A stretch of DNA of 33,375 nt from Phoronis australis. Lineage: Eukaryota; Animalia; Phoronida. The stretch lies in NCBI GenBank assembly GCA_002633005.1, contig NMRA01001147.1, positions 1 to 33,375 on the forward strand. The letters run 5' to 3'. Shown here piece by piece: positions 12,600 through 23,890 of the stretch. The notes beneath the pieces were generated by a model. That model had not been told where the DNA came from, made no database searches, and saw only the letters and a program-made list of their open reading frames with translations. Positions within the stretch are counted from its first letter, which is position 1. Each line of letters opens with the position of its first letter. The position numbers and the translations under genes are program-made.

Positions 12600-12883
12600 T
12601 TGGAATCTAAAAAGACAGTTTGTAAGTTATATAAAGAGATTGAAGAGGCTGGTTGTAAACGTACGTGTGGGATACACCTATGTTGAGCTAACAACTATCG
12701 GAGTCCCATACATACTCCAGCATTACGGAAATGGCAGTGTTGTCACAACATTTCAAGGGTTGGGACTTCAGGTTTCAGGTGCCTCAAGTACACGTTCTGT
12801 ATTTCATAACACAAACTTTTCTCTCTTCCTGTCCCTCAGCGCGTGTGACACAACCAGATCGTCTAGACTTACTGAATTTCGTA

Positions 12884-12899
12884 AGTGTGACGTCACACT
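12884..12899. promoter_or_regulatory. Perfect 16-bp palindrome AGTGTGACGTCACACT containing a full CRE (TGACGTCA), upstream of the kinase
   Basis: Read directly, ~290 bp upstream of the kinase ATG. The same site is in copy A at 9991-10006. Confidence 0.5.
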
Positions 12900-13958
12900 A
12901 TTCAAGTCTGGGTAGAGTTCAGTCTTGGGGATAGAAATAAAGGTTTCCAAATCGTGTGTTCTGGTTTAAAATACACAGCAGTATCTCGCNGATTTGTGGT
13001 GTTTGTCTCTAAAATGTTCACTTCACCTGTCCAATTTTTAACAGGGTAAGAAATTGAGTGAAATGGACGCAGGAGCAAAAATGCTTAATTTCAAGATTTG
13101 GCGAAGGGCACTATCATTTACCCAGATGACTTTGTCAACAGAAAGTTTCCAGAAGTCTTCTGGGAATGATATGAGCATTAAATTCGGGAATTCAGTTTCA
13201 ACAATGTGTCAAATTGCACATTTTCAATGACCTTTTCTGACATTTTACAAAATTTGGTGACCCCTATGGAACACTAGGACACTCTCTAAAACTTTGTCCC
13301 TCCTGCCTGACTCATTCATCAAAGGGTAATTACCTCACTGCCACAACACAATAGACATTAAATTCTGTGCAAACATTAATTTAAAGCCACTGCACATTTT
13401 CTTCCAAAGAGACTAACTTTTGATTTCAACCATGAAGCTACAAACTGGACCTAACTCGACCCTTGCTCAGGTTAGAAGTGACATCTGGACTGGGAAAGAC
13501 GTGACTCTTCGCTATGTTTAGAGAACACTCAGCTCTTCACAAGCCTAGAAATTACGTCTAACCCGAGTAAGGGAAAATAAGTTGAGGTAACAGCAGGATA
13601 GAACGCACCTGCATTATGAGAATCAGCTTTCTTTACTGGGCATTGAACTGGTTCGCAAAATGTTGGCACACTATAACCTAAGTTGAGGCAAGTTTCATAA
13701 TGATAGATTAACAAATATGTAAATCTTGAACTGGTGCGAAAATATAAATCACAATATGTTTAGTCTGTTCGGCACGCCACCTAGGTGATGTGCAGACCAG
13801 ACAAAAAATGAATGTAATGAGAAAAGGTCTAAGTCAAAAGTTATCATTTTTGAAAAAGTCGAGTTATAGCACCTTTACACCTTATCTCCTGTGCAGCCAC
13901 AATCATTGTCTCCCCAACATTCCACGGTATGAACTGCGGAAAGAAGCCCGACACTCAC

Positions 13959-14107
13959 CTGCGTTATGGAGTGCAGTCCGAGAGTGAATAAGTGTGGACT
14001 GACAGCGATGTAGTCACCGTAAAATTCTTGTACTTCCCGGACGACTTCAGATTCATCTGCCTCGGCCAACACCTTGACGTCTTGCTTGCTAATGACGTTA
14101 CTAAAAT
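13959..14107 (-). CDS. VPS45: VPS45 (Sec1/Munc18 family) coding exon 3
   Basis: Translates (Y)[49 protein letters not shown]. 149 nt, acceptor ttcttaag, donor gtgagt; the phase agrees with exon 2. Confidence 0.93.
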
Positions 14108-15241
14108 CTTAAGAAATAAAAAAGTAAAAACCATTAGTAATTTTGTAATTATAGTAATTATTACTGACTACTAAGAAGAAAATAAAACATCTGTACCAAT
14201 ATCATTATTTATTTCCATAGTCGTTGTATTAGACACACAACTCGTCCACAGTAACAGACTGACAACCGTAAAACATACATATTAAAGTCTCTTTTACCTT
14301 CATTATAATTAACAACTTCAAGAACTGAATTTTAATGCAAGTTAGTTCAGTCCAAACTTAAATCCAAATAATTTTCATTCAACACAACTTGAAATATTTT
14401 CAAACATAACCGAATTTAATACAATTTTTTTAATTTAACTTTTATTTTTGGTATTGCACCACCACTTATAATGGTGAGTGACAGCTCACTCGTGCATTAT
14501 GGGTACTCAATTAACTGCTACCTTATGCAATGAGGTTTGCCTGGAAACCCGCCCATTTTTAAACAACATTTAAAAATTACTTGTAAAATAAGGCAAACCC
14601 AAACAGGGCTGAACGTTGTGAAATGTTCATAACTTAGTGAAATATTGCGACTGACAAAACTCACCCTGTGTTCTAAATTCATGGTGAATGCCAAATAAAG
14701 AGTATATTTAAGAAAAATCATTCTGTATACGTCAGGGTTAATGCCCACATTCATCTGAACACCCACTCCTGAATTTTCAAAATGTTCTCCAGACCTTTAA
14801 ATGTGCATGTTTGAACATGGACTAATTTCCAATTTCTAAATTTGTGACATTTAATCTGTCCTTAGGAGCGCATATTTCTGGAGAGTTTCAGTCACCAAAG
14901 TCCAACTAATTCATTTACCAGTGAACAACAAACAGAGCATATTCATGATTTTCAATAGTGTCAATTTCAGTTATGAAGCAATCATTAAATAAGCAATTAC
15001 TCAAGAATGAGACGGTGCATTAGTTCTGACACATCAAAAATGCAAACAGGGTACTTTTAAGAGAATGGGTGTTCATTGGGTAAATACAACTTGTAATTGA
15101 GTTCGTTGATCAATGTGCTTAGAACCCTATGCCAAGACATTCAGAGACGCAATTTGTTTTTCATTCAACTGCACCTCCCTTAAAAGAGTACTGATTATCT
15201 GTCAAAATAAAAATGACTGAAATCGCTAGAATTCGTCTTAC

Positions 15242-15437
15242 AAATGAAATAGAGTCCATAGCGAGGCTGTCGCAGCTCCAGGGAGAGTAACTCGACATTT
15301 TCTCTGGTTGGTCGAAGAAAGCAAATACACTTCAGATGTCGCATGCTTTCTCGGCTTGCCGAGTCGATTCTTTCAAATAGGTAGACCTCTTTTTGAAGAA
15401 TTTCTGACTGAGCGTACACCATGCTGACCATACTGAT
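15242..15437 (-). CDS. VPS45: VPS45 coding exon 2
   Basis: Translates [65 protein letters not shown]. 196 nt, acceptor ttttccag, donor gtaaga. Confidence 0.95.
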
Positions 15438-15790
15438 CTGGAAAAGACAACAAAAATTGTGACAAGTCTTTCAATGTGTCTATAAACCTGCATTCAACCA
15501 CGAAGCGAACTTTTGATTTAGGTTAGAGACAAGTTATATTAGAAAAGTACTGCTAAAACAAAAAATGAAGGAAAAATAAAACTGCACAGTGAATGAAACA
15601 CTATAAAAAGCCTTATTATTTTTATGACTGGCACCTTTGGGATAGTTATACACAAAACAATACTAAAACTAGAAGAAGAAGCGAACTAGAAGATCAAAGA
15701 GAAATTGAGTGACAAGAGTGGCCCTTGTTTCTAGACTCATTGCAGATTCCAACAACACAACAAAAACAAGGCAAATTTTTTACCCTGTGT

Positions 15791-17547
15791 TAGGGTGAGC
15801 AAACCCAAATACAAATTTCATCAGAAACACTTGAAAAGAGTGTTAAATGATAGCTTTAGACATGCCATTTATAAAACTTTTTGAATTTTTCAAATCGGTT
15901 CGATGGTTCTCGAGTTATTTGAATTTTAGAGCCTCAAAAATGGCCTTTTTTTCAGCAAACGGCACCCAGAAATTTCAGGCCACAGAAAATGGCAAGTTTA
16001 GACAACTATATTTGGGAATCCATAGCTCACAGTGCTCTTAAAACAAGATGGAGAGTCCTTTGCAAGTAGGTTAACAACATGGCATAGACACCAAACCACA
16101 AATTATTATATTTTGCACGAACAAGAACAACAAAAATTGAAAAATTCACCATCGACTTAGTTTTTTTTCGACTTGTGACAGGACATTTTTGCCCCTGAAG
16201 CCAAGTTGAACAAGTGATGTTTTAAAAAGAGAGCAACTTATTACCTTGAAAATGACAAAACACTTCAAGAATTACTATGGTTTAGTGAACATGTTTCTTT
16301 TGCTCCAAAAGATTTTGAAATAATTCTAAAAAATGAAATTTGCATAACAAATGAATTCAAAATGAGCAAAAACCAGAAAACCAGTCTTTTTCAGAGTATT
16401 TCGTTATTTATTTTAAAACCTGTGAAGTTATGTAAATTAATCTTTTTTCCCAAGTAAGATCAATGTTTTCACAATCTTAAGTTGCACACAAAATGACAAG
16501 AAAATGATAATATGCATTTTTAATTAAACAAAATTAAATTGGACCCTGAAATTTCAACGAATTTTAAATCAATTTCATTCCTATCAAATAATATAGAAAC
16601 TGAGAGTTGTTGTGTTGGTGACTATCCAAAAAGAGCATATTTGTATTCTAAAATGTTTTGATGCACTGCAGCGTTGATTGAACATTTATTTTGGTGAAAA
16701 ATGTAATTTTCTAAAAATGAAACTGATCACAGCGCCCCCACGAGGTAGTAAAAGTGTAACAAAAAATATTTTTGAAGAAAATAGAAAAAAATGACTCCAT
16801 CCCCAAAATTGAAGTAAATCAAATTTTAAAATTATTCTATTTTATTTTAATGAAAATATTTTACCAGGTTTGGTCCACTTTTTGTAATTTAGAGAAGTTT
16901 TGACTGGTTCTGTTGAATACGTTTGACCAATCAGGTTCGAGTTTAGTTTGAACCCTGGAAAGGTCATCATGGTTCTTGAAAAATGACTGAAGTTACCTTT
17001 TTAGAAGTGTTCCTAAATGGAAATGGTGAGATAAAGTGAAAAAATTTGATCAGGAATGGATTAGGACATGATAAGTGATTATGACATTGAGTGTACACTT
17101 TCAGGATTTTTTCAGGTGAGAGAGTGGCGAGGCAGTAAATTAAAAAAAGTACATTTTCTCATATTTTTGTCAAAAAAATAAAAAGTGTACACTCAGGGTT
17201 GGAAGCAGAATTTTGTTGCAAACAGTTTGACATAAATATCATTAAAATCGGTTCAGTAACGGCCATTTAACAGCTGAAAGTTTGACCCCTACTGAAAGTC
17301 ACAAGAATTTGCCGGTGAGTGAAAAATTTGTGAAGTGCTCGCTTTACTTCAATTTTTAAAAATACTCATTAACGTATAAATTTTTTGTAATGGATATCAA
17401 TAGAAAGAAGAAAAATTAAATATTTCACTGGCATGCTTTTCATTTTCCACCACTTAGTATGCTAATAGATATGAGCTTGTGAAAATCATGAAAAATGGCA
17501 AAATTTCGCTCTTGCTGAATTTCCGCCATATTGGTTTGCTCACCCTA
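15791..17547. mobile_element. Non-autonomous TIR DNA transposon (1757 bp), hAT/hATw-like, in VPS45 intron 1
   Basis: Perfect 15-bp TIR TAGGGTGAGCAAACC at both ends. The 7-bp direct repeat CCTGTGT lies at 15784-15790 and 17548-17554. The interior is AT-rich with no transposase ORF. Confidence 0.88.
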
Positions 17548-17565
17548 CCTGTGTGTGAAACTTAC

Positions 17566-17658
17566 AGTTTCTTTGTCCATCAATAGGACCTTCATGCCAG
17601 GGCCGGCATCCTCGATCATCTTCGAGATGTAAAGCTTTTCTGCCAAAACAACGTTCAT
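17566..17658 (-). CDS. VPS45: VPS45 coding exon 1
   Basis: Translates [31 protein letters not shown], matching the known VPS45 N-terminus. 93 nt, donor gtaagt. Confidence 0.95.
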
Positions 17659-17729
17659 TTTAAGTCTGATCGTAGATTACACTGTACACGAAAACAAAAC
17701 ATTAACACTGACTAAAACAGATCACGAAC

Positions 17730-18010
17730 TTTTCCTCCCACCATATTGCGTTTAGTGACCTCTATTGGATAAATTAAAAAATAATACTCAAAAGAAGTTC
17801 TCAAAATATTAGTCCACTGTTATCTCGTACCTCTGAAAAGACACAAAATAAATCTGATACTGTATTGGTATTCTTTGTAGATACGATAATGAAGTAGGTT
17901 TGAGAGTGTTTTTAGCACTGAAACTTTAGAATATAGGAAAGTTTGGGGGCCGTATTTTTACCGCGCTCTAGTTTCCGCGAGGTGTTGCTAGGCACTCAGA
18001 TGTAAACGAT
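17730..18010. promoter_or_regulatory. VPS45 upstream/promoter region, possibly bidirectional
   Basis: A CCAAT (attgg, 17765-17769) and a YY1-like AATATGGTGG lie on the minus strand just upstream of exon 1. An RFX X-box-like GTTGCTAGGCAC is at 17984-17995. Confidence 0.4.
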
Positions 18011-18282
18011 TTTCTGTGTGCGAGGGAATATTCAAGCAGGCAGAAAGCACTAAGGTCTGATTTGTGGAAGTGTGTTGTCGAGTATCTTAAAAATTTCTGT
18101 ATTAAACCACCCATAGAACATAGTTTAAATGATAAACCGACTAACAGTCGGAATTTCTTCGTCTCTGCGACTCATCATCACAGATAGTTCGGTGTCTGAT
18201 CGGCACTGCCCAGTTCACCACGACATGATGAGTCATGTTTATCACTATTAGAGTATGATCTCATATCCCAGTGAGTGCATGT

Positions 18283-18300
18283 GTAGTAGTAGTAGTAGTA
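18283..18300. repeat. (GTA)6 microsatellite
   Basis: Read directly. Confidence 0.9.
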
Positions 18301-18358
18301 ATACACTTTATTCACTTTAAGTCAAAAACCAAAAAATACAGTTGATATAAATTTACGC

Positions 18359-18380
18359 NNNNNNNNNNNNNNNNNNNNNN
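18359..18380. other. Assembly gap (22 N)
   Basis: Run of N. Confidence 1.
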
Positions 18381-19144
18381 AGAATAAGAAAGAAAAAATA
18401 CAGCGTTACAGATAAGCAGAACTATAAAAATTAGGTGATGATGTACTTTAAAACTATACTTGTGTAAAGACTGGGAGAGATTATCGAAAATAGTTACATA
18501 CAAAGCAGTGGGGAATAGTGCACTCAAGTTCATAATTTTCAAAACAAACATTCTTAAAATAATTTATAACAGAGGATAACGAATGGGTAAAAAGATTTTG
18601 GGAGACACTTTCAGGAAGGTTATTAATGATGTGAGGTAGGACATTTCGAACTGAATCTGCAACAAATGATAGAGTACAACGGGGAGTATGTAAAAGATGT
18701 CGTTGTCTAGTGTAATATTCATGAACAGACCCACGAGTTACTCAATTGAACGTGTTAAAAATGAAGGTAAGTAATTATGAACATATTTGTAGAAAAATTT
18801 AATAATAGCAACAACATACAAGTCCTTAAAGTGACTTTAGGGCGTCATTTTCAAAAGTTTTGCATTTTTGCCTAATCTTTTATCATATATTGGACTTAAG
18901 TGCATTAAATTCGTATTTTCTGGCAAGAATGGGGTTCAACAATCGACATGTCTCGTTTACACTTTTGTCATCAAGGATTATTTAAACCTCTAGGATGCTG
19001 TATCTCTCCAACGATAACAGTATTCTAGACACGGTTTTCAATACATTTCATCAATGGTTTCCAAAAAGCATTGTGCTGGTTCACGGTTTGCTTGTAATGA
19101 AACCCTATGTTGGGCGATCTGGTCTGACATAATTGAAGGGTCTG

Positions 19145-19218
19145 CATGGGCGGCGCAACACTGAAAAAAGTGAGGGCTGTAAACCTCCCTCCCATTCCCC
19201 TATGGTGCGCCACCCATG
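19145..19218. mobile_element. Tiny inverted-repeat element (74 bp), possible MITE remnant
   Basis: CATGGGCGGCGCA matches the reverse complement of the right end, CATGGGTGGCGCA, at 12/13 positions. No clear TSD. Confidence 0.4.
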
Positions 19219-20029
19219 GTCTTTAATATTTTTTTACAAAAACCGATTGAAGCGATTGAAAGTACATTTCACATAAATGAAGTACGTCCCATGAAGAAAT
19301 TCACAATAGCTCATCCAACTGTTGAAAATAACACTATGCTTAAACAGAACTTAAGTGCATGAGGATATTTTGAACGTTTTTGAGGGCAGTTGGTTAATGC
19401 AATTAAGATTCTTACTAAAAACAAATTGAAATCATTCGCAGTATCAAAAATGTAACCTACTGCCAATTTTTTGGACCTCAATTAAATATTTTGAAAGAGA
19501 ACTATCGTTTCAACCACACAGCGATAACTAACAACGTCGCAAACGTTTAGCTGCCAATGTTGAATTGCGATTCCGAAGCGTTCGGGGTTCAAAAATGTCA
19601 TCCGATCTTGAATTGTTGCCGAATGAGTTGACAACATAACTTAATAATGGTGAGAAAAACCGCGAATTTATAAAAAGAACATAAAGAGTTCACATACAAC
19701 CACACATTTCAAAACTCTCATTTGATTGAAATTTATTACTCAGCTTTATCCATCCTGGACCAACTTTTTATTTCTTTGCTCATCTAAATGGATAAATGTT
19801 GATGGTCACACTCTAAACACCCGCCTTTCACAGAATTGCGATCTGACCAGCTTAAGGCCAGCATGCCTCTTTAGTGTTTGCCTGATAACAGTTTCTAAAA
19901 AAACGTCAACTTAACACCTGTAGTAAAATCAGTGTACTTACTCGGTGATGGATCCGCAGAAACTGTTGATGTAATCTATGAAAGGCATTCTCACTTATTC
20001 AGGCACACAATATATTTATAAATCTCGCT

Positions 20030-20059
20030 GTAGTAGTAGTAGTAGTAGTAGTAGTAGTA
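20030..20059. repeat. (GTA)10 microsatellite
   Basis: Read directly. Confidence 0.95.
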
Positions 20060-20133
20060 TTTCGTATATAGCAGTAGTAATCGCAGTAGTGTAATCGCAC
20101 GTCTCTCTTGTCTCAATAGCAGTGGTTTTCTGG

Positions 20134-20310
20134 TTCGAATATTTGAATATTTGGCGGGAAATACAAAAGTCACGTGACAAGAGACTTAGCGCACCCACTC
20201 CCCGTTGTTCTATTAGATACAATCAATGGTCACGTGCTGCCAAACTCAGTTAGGCCACTTCCACCATAGTTACCTGTTGTCAAGTCCCCCTGATTGCAAA
20301 CCAAATATGG
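20134..20310. promoter_or_regulatory. Promoter-like motif cluster (CHR, E2F, two E-boxes, CArG)
   Basis: TTTGAA at 20142-20147, TTTGGCGGGAAA at 20150-20161, GTCACGTGAC at 20169-20178, GTCACGTG at 20229-20236 and CCAAATATGG at 20301-20310. Confidence 0.45.
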
Positions 20311-20444
20311 AGTTAGGTTCTCAGCAAGCATACCACACGAACAGCTTCTTTTCCCTACGTGGAGCTAAACCATCAAGGCCTTGGGGGAAGGACGGGGGAG
20401 GGGGAGGGGGGGGGGGAATGGAAGGGGGAGGAAGAAGGGGAGCG

Positions 20445-20673
20445 GAGGGGGAGCATAACAAAGAGGGGAAACGTTGGGTACGGGTGGGCAAAGAAGTTCA
20501 TTTAAATCGTGAAATATTTCAGATGTGAAACTTTTGAACAAAAATGGGTCAGGAGNGAGGGGGAGTATAACAAAGAATGGAAACTTTGGGTACGGGAAGA
20601 AAATGGTGGGCAAAGAAGTTCATTTAAATCGTGAAATATTTCAGATGTGAAACTTTTGAACAAAAATGGGTCA
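20445..20673. repeat. ~107/117-bp direct duplication around N20556, preceded by a G-rich tract
   Basis: 20445-20551 matches 20557-20673 with a few substitutions and a 10-bp indel. Confidence 0.85.
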
Positions 20674-23369
20674 TGAGGACTCGCCGTCGGTGATAAATTT
20701 GCTCTAAGCTTTCACTGAGCATTTTCTTAGCATTATTAACTGCCATCCCACGAGGTCGACTGTAGGGTCATCGCTTCAGATCTTGAAAAAAATGTGCGTT
20801 CATACATCCTGGTGAGATATGTTCAAAAAGTTTTTTTCTAATTATCCGGCCAGTATTTTTTAAGTTAGAGCGTCGTCAATATTTTGGCCCAAAACAGTTC
20901 ATCTTTGGTTCAAATGTGTTCAGTAAGTGATGTAGTTTTAAAACGGTTCAAATGGAACGCAGTGAAAAAATGTTTTATCTATTTGTGAAAACTGGGCCTC
21001 TCTATCCGAAGACAGTTTGCCTTTTCAAACAGGTTTCCGTTAACCTCAGTTGGAACGCCAAAATGCGCTAAACTATGCCAGTTTTTGTGTATAGCCATTT
21101 CGAGGTGCTTTGGGGACCAGTTTATGGGATGCTAGTGATTTCAGATAATACTTCCTTATCAGTTTCTGCGTGACTATGAAGAAAAAAAAAATTAAAAACA
21201 TTGGGTTTTGTGTTTGTTTTCAAGGAAGATACAATGGAAAAAATATACCATCTCGTATTTTACAATCCTTGACTACGGCAGTCAACAGAGTGTAACTCGT
21301 GAACTCCACCTAGGGGCTACATTAGTTTTTGCAAATATATTTCTGCGGTTATAACAATGGCTGACGTCTCATGAATTTTTTGATGTTTTGATTACTGCTG
21401 GCCCCTGTGGTTGCGCTTTCTATATTTTGATTTCTTTGGTGAAATTCCGTACATTTGGTCAAATAGTTTCTATATCAAGGAAACAGTGACACATGCACGT
21501 TTTCAAATGATTCTAACCTGTGCTGTCTCACCACACATCTAAGTTGTGCACAAGGTTACATCACTCGTGTGAGTCTGCATTGTTAAATGTTTGCGGAACA
21601 AATGAATTTAGATCTAAACTAATAACTTCGGTGTTGGGTTTTAATTAAATTCATATGCATTGAGTGAATAAATATTGTTTAAGATTGTTTTCTAACATAA
21701 ACCACCTTAATTTTAGTTTTTGTGTTTTGTTTAGTAATTAATTTAAGGTTTTAAATCTTCTCAGTGGCTCCCTGAATGACGGTACTTACATAGATAGCAT
21801 TTACGGGATGCACAACTCCGATAGGTTTGGTTTTTAAACATTTTACTATGAGCTTAATAACACATAATCTTTTGGTTTAAATGAGCAGTCTCTCTTGTTC
21901 ATAAAACCCACAACCGTGCTGTCTGTTTTATGGACAGAATGAATCTGTACTTGAGCAAATTATGATCCACAAAAGAAACAAGGATGAGAAAGGAAGGCTA
22001 CATTTCGACGTGACTAGTTTTCAAGTATGCTTTTCGTTCTATATATCTTTGTTATGTATCTTGTTCATTTGCTGTAGTGTACTAACGCCAGTATTGTTCG
22101 TCATGATTATGAGAGAATGTTATTCTAAAGTTGTTGGTAGAACTCAATTCTCTAATATCCAAGAGTTTGAAATGAATAAAAACTGAGATCATGTCAATAC
22201 CAGCAAAAACAGTTTTTCCTGTGTCATACGTGATTTCGTCATTATTGCTTTCGGAACACTGTTTCTTGGAAATGAATTTACACATTTCCTGGAAAACGCC
22301 ACCGGTATAAAGTTGCTTTTTGATGTTTTTTAGTGACTCTAAGGGTCATTTTGTCAATTACATTGAAAATAACCCCGGGTCGTTTCTAACGGTGGAAAAG
22401 TATCTCATGGGGACATTTTTTCAATGCTAAGTGACTGTTTTGAAACGTATGCATCGGCCATTGACGAGAAAAGGTTAACTTACATAATACTCTACCCTTT
22501 TCAATTCCTTTATAAGGAGGGTCTCACTCAGGGGCAAAATTATTTCCAGTTACCTCTTTTTCCTATGTTTTATCATTATTTGGAATTTATTCATGCAAAA
22601 ACGTTTATTTCAATTAAATTTTACAACACAAAAAGGTATCTATCACACATGCCTATTTATTTGCGGCCTGGAAAATTTCCCCCTTTTTTAATTAATCATT
22701 GGTCATTCCAAGCCCTGAATTTCATCTACCCTCATCTCATCTGCTCTCAGACAAAGCTAATGACTTGCAAATTAAAGAACATTTTTTGGCCTATCATGCA
22801 GCACTCTGTAACGACAATAAGAGTTTATGAAGCGGGGCATTGCTAATAGAAGTGACACACCTGCGTCTATCCCTAAACGTAAGGTTAAAAGGTCTGCCGG
22901 AGCACACAAAATGCCCTGTTATTGTCTTTAACTTGTATGGAAAATTAAAGGTATCATAACATCTAAAAGTGCTGAACTGTCTTTTTTACGTCATTTATTC
23001 CTCAAACAAAAATTCGCGATTGCTTTTGCTACCAAAAGCATGCAGAAACAGTGTTTTTTGCTCAAACAGGAAATTCTAAGTGCAATAACGCCCTGGTGGC
23101 ATTTTCATTTCCTTGTTTTTTCTTTTCTAGTCAAAAAAGAACACAGAAAGGCTGTGCCACAGAGAATGTTGCTGTTGAACAGTTTCGTCGTGTGTCAAAA
23201 AACAAGACATTTTGATGGTGGTTGGGACTGCAGTGTAAACCTGGAGGGGAGGAGGGGGGAGTGGGAGCACTTTCGACTGTTTTAGTGATGCTTCCTTTGT
23301 ATCAATTGAATGATTATTAGAAATCTAGTAATTTATTGATTGAAATTGTATATTAAAAGCAATAGTTCC

Positions 23370-23890
23370 TATGGAAGCTTAAGATGTCAAGAAATTCATG
23401 GAGTGGTTCTAAACCATGTTTCCAGCCGAGGGAAAAGCCGGCAAAGATATTCCCCAATCAAATATGCATATCATCATGGCGGCGCTGGAGAAACCCACTA
23501 ACAAGCTCGATGAAGGGTATCAAACACTCAACGCGGCTGTCAATGAAGTTAAAAACATCATCAGTGATGTATAAGAAGACTGTTCTTCCAAGATCAATTT
23601 TCCAATGCCAATGTCAGTCGTTGATTGCCTACCCTAGAGTGCTTTTTGAGCCCGTCAATTACCATGGATGTCCCCTACGTGTTCCTACATTCGTTACATT
23701 ATTACTGCTTATAGATGATTGCATTGGCTTTTGAAGTACACGATTCTGCTGACATAGAACACCTGGATAAGAACAAAAAAGATGTCAAACTTTTGAAGCA
23801 AGAGGAACTAAAGATCAAATACCGAAGCACCGGTCCAAGCTTCATGGATAAATTGTTATACAGCTACTGCCATGTAGGTTTATTAACGGG
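23370..23890 (+). pseudogene. Possible decayed coding exon of unknown family
   Basis: Protein-like frames are broken by stops and frameshifts (..AALEKPTNKLDEGYQTLNAAVNEVKNIISDV*..; ..MDVPYVFLHSLHYYCL*MIALAFEVHDSADIEHLDKNKKDVKLLKQEELKIKY..). The segment ends at a G|gtaagt donor. No family recognised. Confidence 0.3.

Larger units (their letters stand above)
10485..12989. repeat. Copy B of the kinase-locus duplication (2505 bp, bounded by a single N on each side)
   Basis: Starts immediately after N10484 and ends immediately before N12990. It matches 8319-10096 plus the extra segment 11283-12013. Confidence 0.95.

Noticed and set aside
9496-12934. Paired 60-91 aa ORFs overlapping or upstream of the kinase copies
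   Set aside because: These are shadow frames repeated only because the region is duplicated; they carry no motifs.
12599-13959. In-frame VPS45-kinase fusion by splicing exon 3 to the acceptor upstream of the kinase ATG
   Set aside because: The acceptor leaves 7 nt before the ATG and needs a phase-2 donor. VPS45 exons 1-3 end in phases 0, 1 and 0.
19991-20613. Poly-Tyr, poly-Leu, Gly-rich and Pro-rich ORFs
   Set aside because: They are translations of a (GTA)n microsatellite and a G-rich tract.
22424-22846. 140-aa plus-strand ORF
   Set aside because: Its F/I/L/Y-biased composition is typical of AT-rich non-coding DNA, and no domain is recognisable.
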